A stretch of DNA of 64,000 bases from Porphyromonadaceae bacterium (GTDB lineage Bacteria; Bacteroidota; Bacteroidia; Bacteroidales; Dysgonomonadaceae): NCBI GenBank assembly GCA_021372865.1, contig JAJFTO010000009.1:22998-86997 (forward strand), written 5' to 3'. The notes beneath the pieces were generated by a model. That model worked only from the letters and a program-made list of their open reading frames with translations, was not told the DNA's origin and made no database searches. The stretch's first letter is position 1; each line of letters opens with the position of its first letter. Made by a program: the position numbers and the translations under genes. Positions 1-9,370 of the stretch are shown here, one piece after another.

Positions 1-1017
1 CAATCACAAACCTCTCACGTGAGCGGGCGCATCGAAAAGCTGTTTGTCAATTTTACCGGCGAAAGTGTACGCCGCGGGCAACCTCTCGCAACCATCTATT
101 CTCCCGAGCTGCTAAATGCACAACAGGAACTGATTGAGGCGGTAAAGATGAAAGACTTACAGCCAGCTCTGTTACAGGCAGTAAGAGAAAAGCTGCGTCT
201 GTGGAAGCTCACCGACGAACAAATTGCGCGCATAGAACGGTCAGGTGAAGTCTCACCGCTGATCGATGTGGCTGCCACCTCAAGCGGCACAGTAATTTCA
301 AAAAATGTAAACCAGGGCGATTATGTGAATACCGGTACCGTGTTGTTCAATGTGGCCAACCTGTCACAGGTATGGGCAGTCTTTGATGCATATGAATCCG
401 ATCTTCCTTTCCTGAAGGTGGGCGATCGGCTGGAATATACCCTTCAGTCGTTACCGGGGAAAACATTTTCGGGGAGGATATCTTTTATCAATCCAATCCT
501 GGATTCTTCCACACGTACCGCCAAAGTGCGCGTAGAGACAGCCAACCCGGGTATGGAACTGAAACCGGAGATGTATGCCAATGCCCTCATCAACGCACCG
601 CTTAAACAATATAACAATGAGGTTGTTATTCCTAAGTCGGCCATCCTCTGGACAGGAAAGCGTTCCATCGTCTATGTGAAGCAGCCCGGCACCGACACAC
701 CCGCCTTCCTGCTTCGGGAAATAGAACTGGGGCCATCGCTCGGTGACGCGTACGTTGTATTATCCGGCATCAACGACGGAGAAGAGATTGTGACCAATGG
801 CGCGTTTACCATCGATGCCAGTGCACAGTTGGCAGGAAAACGCAGTATGATGAATGAAACAGCAGGCCGTGCGGTTACAGGACACGAGGGACATAATATG
901 AACGAGGTCGCTCCTGCAAGTAAAGCCCCCGCCACCGGTCACGAAGGACATAATATGAATGAGGCCCCTCCTGCAAGTAAAGACCCCGCCTCAGGACACG
1001 AGGGACACAAAATGTAG
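1..1017 (+). CDS. Efflux RND transporter periplasmic adaptor subunit (CusB/CzcB-like), 5'-truncated by window edge
   Basis: Motifs GRIEKLFVNFTGESVRRGQPLATIYSPELLNAQQE and LKPEMYA typical of heavy-metal MFP subunits; frame is open to the window start; His/Met-rich C-terminal repeats. Confidence 0.9.
   Translation, partial: QSQTSHVSGRIEKLFVNFTGESVRRGQPLATIYSPELLNAQQELIEAVKMKDLQPALLQAVREKLRLWKLTDEQIARIERSGEVSPLIDVAATSSGTVISKNVNQGDYVNTGTVLFNVANLSQVWAVFDAYESDLPFLKVGDRLEYTLQSLPGKTFSGRISFINPILDSSTRTAKVRVETANPGMELKPEMYANALINAPLKQYNNEVVIPKSAILWTGKRSIVYVKQPGTDTPAFLLREIELGPSLGDAYVVLSGINDGEEIVTNGAFTIDASAQLAGKRSMMNETAGRAVTGHEGHNMNEVAPASKAPATGHEGHNMNEAPPASKDPASGHEGHKM
877..1014 (+). repeat. Coding tandem repeat, 57 nt (19 aa) x ~2.4, GHEGHNM motif
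   Basis: Units start at 877, 934 and 991: TGHEGHNMNEVAPASKAPA / TGHEGHNMNEAPPASKDPA / SGHEGHKM. Confidence 0.9.
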
Positions 1018-1103
1018 GTTATGGTTCCGGGCAGGGAGGATGCGATGCATATCTTCCTGCTGTAATACAGAGGTTAAATAATTCAGTATATTCAAATTTT
1101 AAA

Positions 1104-1562
1104 ATGGTAACAAAGATGAAAACAACAATTTTAGCAACTTTCGCACTCAGTACGCTCCTGTTCATTGCCTGTAGCTCAGGATCATCCGGCAAGAACAATG
1201 CAGCACCAAATAATGAAACGGAACAGATGGAATCAGGTGCCGCACACAATGAGATGGGACACATGGAATCGGATCAAATGACTCCAGGAGGCGCCCATGA
1301 AGAACACGCCATGCTCAATGTGAAAGGAAAATGTGAAACGTGTAAAGAGCGCATTGAAAAAGCGGCCAAAGGAGTAAAAGGCGTTTCTTTTGCAAACTGG
1401 GAAATGGAGAAACAGGTATTGCATTTGAATTACGATCCCGATAAAACGTCGCCCGATGCAATTGCAAAGGCCGTGGCCAAAGCCGGTCACGATACTGATA
1501 AGTACAAAGCCGACCAGGCAACATACGATGCATTGCCCGACTGCTGTAAATACAGGAATTAA
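1104..1562 (+). CDS. Heavy-metal-associated (HMA) domain lipoprotein
   Basis: Lipoprotein signal (LLFIAC), His/Met-rich linker, GKCETCKERIE CxxC motif, C-terminal LPDCCKY; alternative start 1116. Confidence 0.85.
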   Translation: MVTKMKTTILATFALSTLLFIACSSGSSGKNNAAPNNETEQMESGAAHNEMGHMESDQMTPGGAHEEHAMLNVKGKCETCKERIEKAAKGVKGVSFANWEMEKQVLHLNYDPDKTSPDAIAKAVAKAGHDTDKYKADQATYDALPDCCKYRN

Positions 1563-1573
1563 TTAAAAAGAAA

Positions 1574-2176
1574 CTATTCCGGCCAGCCTACCGTCTGTGT
1601 CAGCAAAACTTCCTGACTGGGTTTCAGTTTCAGCAGTTTGCTTAATACATCTTTATTGAACGAACCGCGGACAACTGATCCCAGTCCTTCAGAAGCACAG
1701 TAGAGATATACATTCTGAGCTACAAACCCGCAGCCTGTAAAGGCATACTCTCTACTGGAGGCTTTGTCCATATCGGAAACAAAAATCAGGTTCAGTGCAG
1801 CCTTGGCTACGAACTCCTGGGTACCGGTTTTATCTCTGAAGTCGCCTTTCTTAATCTCTTTCAACAGGTGGTTCCGGGCATCATAAAAATAAAGCCCGCT
1901 CCTGGTGGCTACATACAGTTCCAGCTCCTGCCGGTTGTTTGCAGTGGGTACCGTACGTTTATCGTCACGGTTAAATCCGTTTGCAGCCCACAAAAGATTA
2001 GATATTTGCCTTACATTCAACTCTTTGGATTTAAAAACACGAGTCGATCGCCGTTCATTCAGTACCTGCATCAATGGTTTCCCCCCAGTCTTGTCGGGTG
2101 CCGGCAATTGAATGTCTTGTGCACTCAGGTCGTTACACATCATAAAAATGGATAGGAAAAAAATTAATTTATACAT
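1574..2176 (-). CDS. Nitroreductase family protein (SagB/ThcOx-like), with signal peptide
   Basis: LPAPDKTGGKPLMQVLNERRSTR, SNLLWAANG, RTVPTANNRQE, AQNVYLYCASEGL. Confidence 0.85.
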   Translation of the reverse strand: MYKLIFFLSIFMMCNDLSAQDIQLPAPDKTGGKPLMQVLNERRSTRVFKSKELNVRQISNLLWAANGFNRDDKRTVPTANNRQELELYVATRSGLYFYDARNHLLKEIKKGDFRDKTGTQEFVAKAALNLIFVSDMDKASSREYAFTGCGFVAQNVYLYCASEGLGSVVRGSFNKDVLSKLLKLKPSQEVLLTQTVGWPE

Positions 2177-2197
2177 CGTACGTTGTATTAAGTATGG

Positions 2198-3823
2198 TTA
2201 TCGATTTACAGTCACATCTTTGAACATATAACTATTGTCACTTACTCTCAAAGGTTTGCCGCTTTCGGCAGTCACATTTTTAAGGACCACCTCCCTTGTG
2301 AGGATATAGGGATACTTTTCCACATAGGTCTGGTCAATTCTGTCTTTATTGAAATTGACAAAAATGGCTGGACCTTCATAATTCTCCGGATGATCGGAAT
2401 CTTTTATCTGAAGATTTTCAATGGTGATTTTTCCCGGCATATAACAGGTATACCCAAAATCATGTTGACCGGAATTGTATCCGCCAATCAGGCTCACACT
2501 ACCCGATTTCACACTGCGGGGTACAAATGAACAATTGCGGATGATGAATTCACCTTCCCAGGTACTGCCATAGTCGGAGCGTAAATTGATAAGGCTGGTT
2601 CCGTGAATGGTTGAATTTTCCACAACAAAAGTTCCGCTGCCAATGGCGTTTATTCCCTGATGTCCCAGCGTTGAATTTCGGATGGTGGCATTGGCCACGC
2701 CCATGTGGGCGTCGAACCGGGAGAAGGTACAACCATCATATACCAGATTTTTACAGTAATTGGAGCCCATGATCCCCCAGTATACAGCATTGTTGATGTC
2801 ATTTGTCTGCCTGCAGTTCTCAAATGTGATGTTCAATGCCCGGTTTATATTAATATCGTAGGTACCCATAGAGACCGGCTTACCAGCTGATCCGATGGTT
2901 TGATATACCTTATGTCCGGTGAGAAGGGTGTTTTTGACTGTGATATGGGCACAGTTGGAAATGTAGATGAAACCGCCATACGGTGCACCATATTCCCCCT
3001 CGCCAATGATGCGGTGTTCCAGTACGTCCACCACTACGTTGGATCTCCTGATCGCGATACCCCGGGCATAGTAGTTGTATTTTGAATTCTCCTGGTTTGC
3101 GATGGTTGTAAATTTTCCACCGCTAATGGTCAGTATCGTTTCATCAATCGGAAGCACCTCCATCTCAGTGATCTGATTGAAATCCCAGAGGATGGGTGTA
3201 TTTGAATCCACCACACCATTTTTATCTACAACAAACACATCCGTTTGCGCAGAACCGTTGTTTTGGTTGAGACCGTACCGGATATAACGCCTCACATGGG
3301 AGTCAGTCACAGTCACAAGACAGGGGACTGTCAGTGAAAGATCTATCTTTTGTTGGTTTTTTTTCAAAGAAGTAACATTGGCGGGTTTAAATGACTGTTT
3401 GTCCGAGTTAACCGAAAAAATATGTGCATTCCGGTCCTCCACTTGGGTATCATCGATGATGAATGCAGCGGTACCAAAATCTGTGTTTGTCCGGACGTCA
3501 GCCGTCAGCTTTTTCGCACCGATATAGTACGTAGCCTTGTCGTCGCCTTTTACGGTCAGGTTGTGCTGATTGGCGAATGCATGTGTTGCCACAATCGCCG
3601 CCAAGTCATCGGTCTTCCCGTCGCCTTTGGCTCCAAAATCGCTGTAGCGGACCCATCCTTTTGCAATAAATCTCTGGATATCATCCTGAGAGAGAGTTGT
3701 CTTTTTGGATGTTGAATTGGCTTCGTCTTTGAGATCCTCTCTATCGGGCACGTTCTGACAGGATATCTGGGTAAAGTCACACAGAAAAACAAGGGTAAAA
3801 ATTATAAGGTATATGCGTTTCAT
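2198..3823 (-). CDS. Secreted pectin-lyase-like beta-helix protein, function unknown
   Basis: Signal peptide from MKRIYLII (ATG 3823); VRYSDFGAKGDGKTDD N-terminal beta-helix motif; repeated ITxxNC-like coils. Confidence 0.6.
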   Translation of the reverse strand: MKRIYLIIFTLVFLCDFTQISCQNVPDREDLKDEANSTSKKTTLSQDDIQRFIAKGWVRYSDFGAKGDGKTDDLAAIVATHAFANQHNLTVKGDDKATYYIGAKKLTADVRTNTDFGTAAFIIDDTQVEDRNAHIFSVNSDKQSFKPANVTSLKKNQQKIDLSLTVPCLVTVTDSHVRRYIRYGLNQNNGSAQTDVFVVDKNGVVDSNTPILWDFNQITEMEVLPIDETILTISGGKFTTIANQENSKYNYYARGIAIRRSNVVVDVLEHRIIGEGEYGAPYGGFIYISNCAHITVKNTLLTGHKVYQTIGSAGKPVSMGTYDININRALNITFENCRQTNDINNAVYWGIMGSNYCKNLVYDGCTFSRFDAHMGVANATIRNSTLGHQGINAIGSGTFVVENSTIHGTSLINLRSDYGSTWEGEFIIRNCSFVPRSVKSGSVSLIGGYNSGQHDFGYTCYMPGKITIENLQIKDSDHPENYEGPAIFVNFNKDRIDQTYVEKYPYILTREVVLKNVTAESGKPLRVSDNSYMFKDVTVNR

Positions 3824-3910
3824 GAAAAAATATTTGTAAAAAAATGAATACCGGTTTCCCGACAAATTTACAATTTTTTTTAATTCATGATATCGGCGTT
3901 CCCTTAAAAT

Positions 3911-5215
3911 CTATTCCTCCATTAAAAATGAGATGGGGTCGGTGAGGTATTCCATGACGTGATAAATAAAACGGGTGGTTTCGCCGCCGTCCACGATACG
4001 GTGATCCACAGTGAGTGAAAGCGGCATGATATGTCCGATCACAATTTCATTGTCTTTTACGATGGGTGTCTGCATGATTCTTCCGATCCCCAGTATGCCA
4101 GCCTGCGGATAATTGAGTACGGGTGTGGCAAAAATACCACCTATGGAGCCGAAGCTGGTCACAGAGAATGAGCCCTCTTTCATTTCATCAAGTGTAAGTT
4201 TTCGTTTCCTGGCTTTGTCGGCCAACTCTTCAATCTGTTGTGCGATCCGAAAGATCGATTGTCTGTCGGCATCCCGTATCACCGGTACCACCAGCCCATC
4301 GGGAGCATCCACTGCGATACCGATGTGGTAGCGGTTGCGTACGATCATCCGGCTGTTTTCGGTGTCGATCTGTGAATTGAGCTGCGGATGTTTCTTCAGC
4401 GCCATGGCCACCGCCTTCACGATAAAAGCCAGGTAGGTCAGTTTTACACCCCTTTCGGAAAACTTTTGTTTATATCTGTCTCTTACCGCCATTAGGCCTG
4501 AAATTTCCACCTCCTCAAAAACCGACATGTGTGCGGCATTGTGTTTGGCATGAAGCATGTTTCTGGCAATGGCCTTTCTAATCTGGGTCAACGGCAGGTA
4601 AGTCACATCCTCGACATGGGTTGTTTCGTACGACACGGCAGGAACGGGGTTGGATAATCCCTTTTTAAAGTTCAGGATATCTTCACTTTTCACCCTTCCC
4701 GAGGGACCGCTTCCGGATACCCTGTTGATATCAATACCCATTTCTTTGGCCATGGCCCTGGCAACGGGTGTGGCCAAGGCTTTGCTTGGCGTCGTATCCA
4801 ATGAAATATTACCCTCTTTTGTCCCTTCAATGCTTTCTGGCAATATGGCATCTTTTTCCGCCATCTCCATGGTTCCTACCACCGCTCCGGCATCTTCTTC
4901 CGTTTCGGGAATAGGTCTGGTGCTCACTTTCTCCTTTTTTGTTTCCGGTGAATGGTTTTCCTGCATCGCTACACCGTTCTCCGTCTCAATCTCAACAAGG
5001 GGGGAACCCACTTTAATGACATCACCCACACTGCCATGCAGCTTTAACACCACGCCCCGCCGGGGCGATGGGATGTCAGCCACTACCTTGTCGGTCTCCA
5101 TCTGTACAAGCGAGTCTCCTTCCTTCACTTGTTGTCCTTCGGCGACATACCATTCCAGAATGGTTCCTTCTTCGAGTCCCTCTCCCAAATCGGGGAAATT
5201 AAATGTATACTTCAT
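3911..5215 (-). CDS. pdhC: 2-oxoacid dehydrogenase E2, dihydrolipoamide acyltransferase
   Basis: Lipoyl domain ETDKV, E3-binding ATPVARAMAKEMGID, catalytic DHRIVDG. Confidence 0.9.
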   Translation of the reverse strand: MKYTFNFPDLGEGLEEGTILEWYVAEGQQVKEGDSLVQMETDKVVADIPSPRRGVVLKLHGSVGDVIKVGSPLVEIETENGVAMQENHSPETKKEKVSTRPIPETEEDAGAVVGTMEMAEKDAILPESIEGTKEGNISLDTTPSKALATPVARAMAKEMGIDINRVSGSGPSGRVKSEDILNFKKGLSNPVPAVSYETTHVEDVTYLPLTQIRKAIARNMLHAKHNAAHMSVFEEVEISGLMAVRDRYKQKFSERGVKLTYLAFIVKAVAMALKKHPQLNSQIDTENSRMIVRNRYHIGIAVDAPDGLVVPVIRDADRQSIFRIAQQIEELADKARKRKLTLDEMKEGSFSVTSFGSIGGIFATPVLNYPQAGILGIGRIMQTPIVKDNEIVIGHIMPLSLTVDHRIVDGGETTRFIYHVMEYLTDPISFLMEE

Positions 5216-5257
5216 CAGATTTTCTTTTTACGTGGTGTTGAAACCGCAATAATCGGA

Positions 5258-6235
5258 TTAAAAATTGAATGTCTTTTCTATTTCGTAAAAAATACGTTCC
5301 GGAGAAATGATGAAATAGGGTTCTCCCTGTGCCAGGGGGACGATGGTGTCGAAACCCATCACCCTGCGGGGGGGCGCTTCCAGGTAAAGGAATGCTTCCT
5401 CGTTGGCGATGGCGATCAACTCCGACCCCACGCTGAACGATTCGTGTGCCTCTGCAACCACAACCATCCGCCCGGTTTTCCGTACCGAATTGCGGATGGT
5501 TTCCCTGTCGATGGGATAGATGGTGCGCAAGTCGATCAGTTCCACCGAAATGCCTGCCTCCTCGGCCATGGCGATGGCTTTCTGACATTCCCGGATCAAT
5601 GCGCCGAAAGCAACAACGGTGACGTCGGAACCATCGTGGATCACCTTGGCCTTACCCAGCGGCAGGCTGTATTTCTCGTCCGGAACCTCCTGTTTTACGG
5701 CCCGGTAGATTCGTTTCGGCTCCATAAAGACGACCGGATCATTGCTTTCAATGGCCGAAATTAACAATCCCTTTGCATCGTAGGGAGTGGAGGGTATCAC
5801 CACCTTGAGTCCGGGTATGTGTGCATACAGCGCCTCAGGACTATCGGAATGATGTTCGAGTGCGTTGATGCCACCACCGTAAGGGAAACGGATTACCATG
5901 GGCACCGTATATTTTCCCCGCGATCGGTTTTGCATCCGCGACACGTTCGAAGCGATCTGGTTGAAGGCAGGATAGGTAAACCCTTCAAACTGCAGTTCCA
6001 CAATCGGCCTGAGACCGGAGACAGCCATTCCCAGTGCGGTACCCACGATACCCGACTCAGCCAGGGGAGAGTCGAACACCCGTTCCACGCCATATTTCTT
6101 CTGCAATCCCTCGGTCACACGAAAGACGCCTCCTTCCACACCCACATCTTCGCCGTAAACAACAACTCCGTCATCCTCCTTCAACTTGATATCCAAAGCG
6201 TTGTTGATCGCTTTCACCATGGTCATCACGCTCAT
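5258..6235 (-). CDS. pdhB: 2-oxoacid dehydrogenase E1 beta subunit
   Basis: GEDVGVEGGVFRVT, DSPLAESGIVG, EHHSDSPE. Confidence 0.9.
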   Translation of the reverse strand: MSVMTMVKAINNALDIKLKEDDGVVVYGEDVGVEGGVFRVTEGLQKKYGVERVFDSPLAESGIVGTALGMAVSGLRPIVELQFEGFTYPAFNQIASNVSRMQNRSRGKYTVPMVIRFPYGGGINALEHHSDSPEALYAHIPGLKVVIPSTPYDAKGLLISAIESNDPVVFMEPKRIYRAVKQEVPDEKYSLPLGKAKVIHDGSDVTVVAFGALIRECQKAIAMAEEAGISVELIDLRTIYPIDRETIRNSVRKTGRMVVVAEAHESFSVGSELIAIANEEAFLYLEAPPRRVMGFDTIVPLAQGEPYFIISPERIFYEIEKTFNF

Positions 6236-7341
6236 CTCCTGTTCTCCTTCCAGCTTAAAAATTCTTCGTATTGAGCTCTTTGCCTCCTCAGGTCGTCCGG
6301 CATATCGGTAAACATATGGTCGAACATATCATCATGGGGATATCCCTTGTTTTTTTCTGCCTCGAGAAACTGTCCGTTGATCTCTTGCTTGTATTCTTCC
6401 GTCAGTTTCTCCACATCGATGTTCCAGATCCCTTTTTTCTCCATATAACGTCTCAGCCTCATCAACGGGTCGGTCAGCCCCCACTCTGTCTCTTCCTCCT
6501 TCTTGCGATACTTGGTGGGATCATCGGAGGTGGTATGTGCTCCCAGGCGGTACGTAAGTGCTTCAATCAATACCGGTCCTTTTCCCGAAAGGGCATACAC
6601 GGCAGCAGTCTGATAGGCCAGGTACATCGCAAAGAAATCGTTTCCGTCTACCTTGATACCAGGGATACCGAAAGCGACCGACTTCACGGCGAGGTTGACC
6701 GATTTTGTCTGTGACCTTACCGGTACCGAGATGGCGTACTGATTATTCTGTATGGTGAAGACAACCGGTACCTGCCACACCCCGGCAAAGTTTAACGCTT
6801 CACTGAAGTCGCCCTCCGACGTACCTCCATCGCCGATAAAGGTAAAAACCGCCTCATTCCTTTTTCGGTATTTCACTGAATAACCGATGCCGGTAGCGTG
6901 ATGTAGCTGGGTACCTATTGAAATGGCAATGGGCAGTGTATGGTTGGCATTTAGGAAACTGCCTCCATGCTCATTTCCCAGGTAAAAGAGGAACATCTCT
7001 TTCATGGTGACTCCTTTTGCCAGCAGGGTGCCCATCTCCCGGAAGGCCGGCACCAGCCAGTCCTCCTCTCTGATGTGCATGCCGGCGGCAATGTGGATGG
7101 CTTCCTGACCCAGGTTGGGCGTGTAGGTATACATGCGTCCCTGACGCTGATAAGAGATGGCCATTTCATCTGCGATACGCTCATAGTGCATCTGTTTATA
7201 GGCATTGACAATGACATCATCATCAAGCGCGGGCATGTATTTCTGGTTGATCACATGCCCGTCGTTGTCGATGAGGGAGAGCATTTTATCTTCTAATGGA
7301 TTAAAGTCACGGAAAATGGCAGGTAAATCGTTTTGACTCAT
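6232..7341 (-). CDS. pdhA: 2-oxoacid (pyruvate) dehydrogenase E1 alpha subunit
   Basis: TPP motif GDGGTSEGDF...NNQYAIS; YRLGAHTTSDDP; ATGA overlap with the beta gene. Confidence 0.88.
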   Translation of the reverse strand: MSQNDLPAIFRDFNPLEDKMLSLIDNDGHVINQKYMPALDDDVIVNAYKQMHYERIADEMAISYQRQGRMYTYTPNLGQEAIHIAAGMHIREEDWLVPAFREMGTLLAKGVTMKEMFLFYLGNEHGGSFLNANHTLPIAISIGTQLHHATGIGYSVKYRKRNEAVFTFIGDGGTSEGDFSEALNFAGVWQVPVVFTIQNNQYAISVPVRSQTKSVNLAVKSVAFGIPGIKVDGNDFFAMYLAYQTAAVYALSGKGPVLIEALTYRLGAHTTSDDPTKYRKKEEETEWGLTDPLMRLRRYMEKKGIWNIDVEKLTEEYKQEINGQFLEAEKNKGYPHDDMFDHMFTDMPDDLRRQRAQYEEFLSWKENRR

Positions 7342-7579
7342 TTATCTGTTAATTTGAACGAATTTAAATTCAGCTATGATTATTCGCTGCGTATATAACA
7401 TTCCGACCAAAAAAATTGTTTTTGATGGCAAGGATAAATAGACCGTTACAATCGTTCAAAAACCATGTGGGTGGAAACTGCAAACCTGTTCCATGAACAT
7501 TTTTCACTCAAATCCCGTTATAGCTTACAAAACCGCCAAAACATTCAAAACCGAAATAAAGCTTAAAATATCGCACCCC

Positions 7580-8605
7580 ATGAGAATAAGGAATCTCTTT
7601 GCACTTTTCTTTTCAATTGTCATGTTAGCACAATCAGGGTGTGATGCCGACAGCCGGAATGAAGGCAAAAACAGGGAAATCGGCACCGTTTCTGAAGATA
7701 CAATTCTACCTACTCCCGAAGAAAAGAAAATAGTGATCCAGGATGATATTGTTTTGAAAAAAGATTTACAATATGATCAATATACGTTGGAGGATGAATA
7801 TCCCTATCAGGATACGGTTCGCAAATTTCAATGGGAGAAGATAAAAAAAGAAATAGCCCGTCTGGAAAATGCCATAACCGACGGAGGCTCCTGGGGTGTG
7901 TTAAGCAATTACAAAAACAAAAACGGTGAAGCACCTACCATACAGGATTTCGTAAGAAACGACTATGGACTTGTTTCGGACCAGCATGGGGTAGAACGTT
8001 ATCAATCGGTACCTCTTTATGGAATGGAGGGAGACACCACGTTGGTGCGATATGGCCGTGATGGCTGGCTGGTAAAAATCAATGGGAGTGACACCACCGA
8101 CTTCCTGTCTGTGACGGGGGTATCTATCGAAGGGACTTATTTACTCCCCCGGAAGTATCTTATTCCATGGGGCGATAGTGTCCGGTTCAACAAAGTGGTG
8201 GCAGTGGATGTCACCAATCAGCATATCACTACCCTGGAGAAAAAAGGTGAGACATGGCACATACTCAGCATGAATCCTGCTACCTCGGGCGTCCATAAGC
8301 CGCCCCATGCCCATGAGACTCCGGTCGGTATCTTTGCGATACAGGAGAAGAAGGAGAAAATGTATTACATGAAAGATGGCACCAGCGAGATAGCGGGTTA
8401 TGCCCCCTATGCCTCTCGTTTTACCAACGGCGCTTACATTCATGGGGTGCCGGTTCAGTACCCCCGAAAAAACATCATTGAATACAGCCCTTCGCTGGGT
8501 ACCACTCCCCGCTCTCACATGTGCGTGCGAAACGCATCGTCTCATGCGAAATTTGTTTATGAGTGGGCCACTGTCCGGCAATCGGTCGTTATTGTAATTG
8601 ATTAA
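7580..8605 (+). CDS. L,D-transpeptidase (YkuD domain) lipoprotein
   Basis: Lipobox AQSGC after ATG 7580; catalytic HGVP...SHMCVRN. Confidence 0.8.
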   Translation: MRIRNLFALFFSIVMLAQSGCDADSRNEGKNREIGTVSEDTILPTPEEKKIVIQDDIVLKKDLQYDQYTLEDEYPYQDTVRKFQWEKIKKEIARLENAITDGGSWGVLSNYKNKNGEAPTIQDFVRNDYGLVSDQHGVERYQSVPLYGMEGDTTLVRYGRDGWLVKINGSDTTDFLSVTGVSIEGTYLLPRKYLIPWGDSVRFNKVVAVDVTNQHITTLEKKGETWHILSMNPATSGVHKPPHAHETPVGIFAIQEKKEKMYYMKDGTSEIAGYAPYASRFTNGAYIHGVPVQYPRKNIIEYSPSLGTTPRSHMCVRNASSHAKFVYEWATVRQSVVIVID

Positions 8606-8638
8606 CAGTCATATTCAGAAAAAATAGTATATTTGGCG

Positions 8639-9343
8639 ATGCAATTCCCAAATATGACTATGCGTATTATCCTGTTAACTACAATATTTTTTGTTTTCTC
8701 CGCCCTCTCTTTTCCAATAGGAACGAGGGAGAGCAAAAAGGAGATTTCCAAAATAGACTTCTCTTCGTCCGGTTGCGAGCTTCTCTATGAACAGATGAAA
8801 CTGGAGGAAGTGATACATTTTGATGCTTTTAAGGCGGCCTATACCGGTTACAAGAAGTTAAACAAACAGAATAATCCTTTGCTGACGCTGATAGATTTCA
8901 ATCTTCCTTCCACCGAGAAGAGAATGTATGTATTGGATATGACAAGGAAAGAGGTGCTTTTTGTGTCCTACGTTTCCCATGGCCGGAACAGCGGGGAAAA
9001 TTATGCTACTTCTTTCTCCAACAGGAATGGTTCTCATCAAAGCTCACTGGGCTTTTACCGCACAGGCGGTACTTATCAGGGAAGCAACGGCTATTCGTTG
9101 CTGCTAGACGGACTGGAAAAAGGAATAAACGATCAAGCACGGGCACGGGCTATTGTAATCCACGGGGCCGATTACTGCAGCGAAGCGGTCATCCGCTCCA
9201 GTGGACGGTTGGGCCGCAGCTTCGGGTGCCCGGCACTGCCCATAAAATTGGCAAAACCCATTATCAACGCCATCAAAGGAGGTTCGCTGCTCTTTATTTA
9301 TGCCAACCAGGCCGATTATCTGGCGAAGAGTGAGGTGATATGA
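8639..9343 (+). CDS. Murein L,D-transpeptidase catalytic domain protein (YkuD_2-like)
   Basis: IDFNLPSTEKR, VSHGRNSG, HGADY...GRSFGCPA; exact start uncertain. Confidence 0.85.
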   Translation: MQFPNMTMRIILLTTIFFVFSALSFPIGTRESKKEISKIDFSSSGCELLYEQMKLEEVIHFDAFKAAYTGYKKLNKQNNPLLTLIDFNLPSTEKRMYVLDMTRKEVLFVSYVSHGRNSGENYATSFSNRNGSHQSSLGFYRTGGTYQGSNGYSLLLDGLEKGINDQARARAIVIHGADYCSEAVIRSSGRLGRSFGCPALPIKLAKPIINAIKGGSLLFIYANQADYLAKSEVI

Positions 9344-9370
9344 GTCTATTCAATGACTGCGGATGCCATT

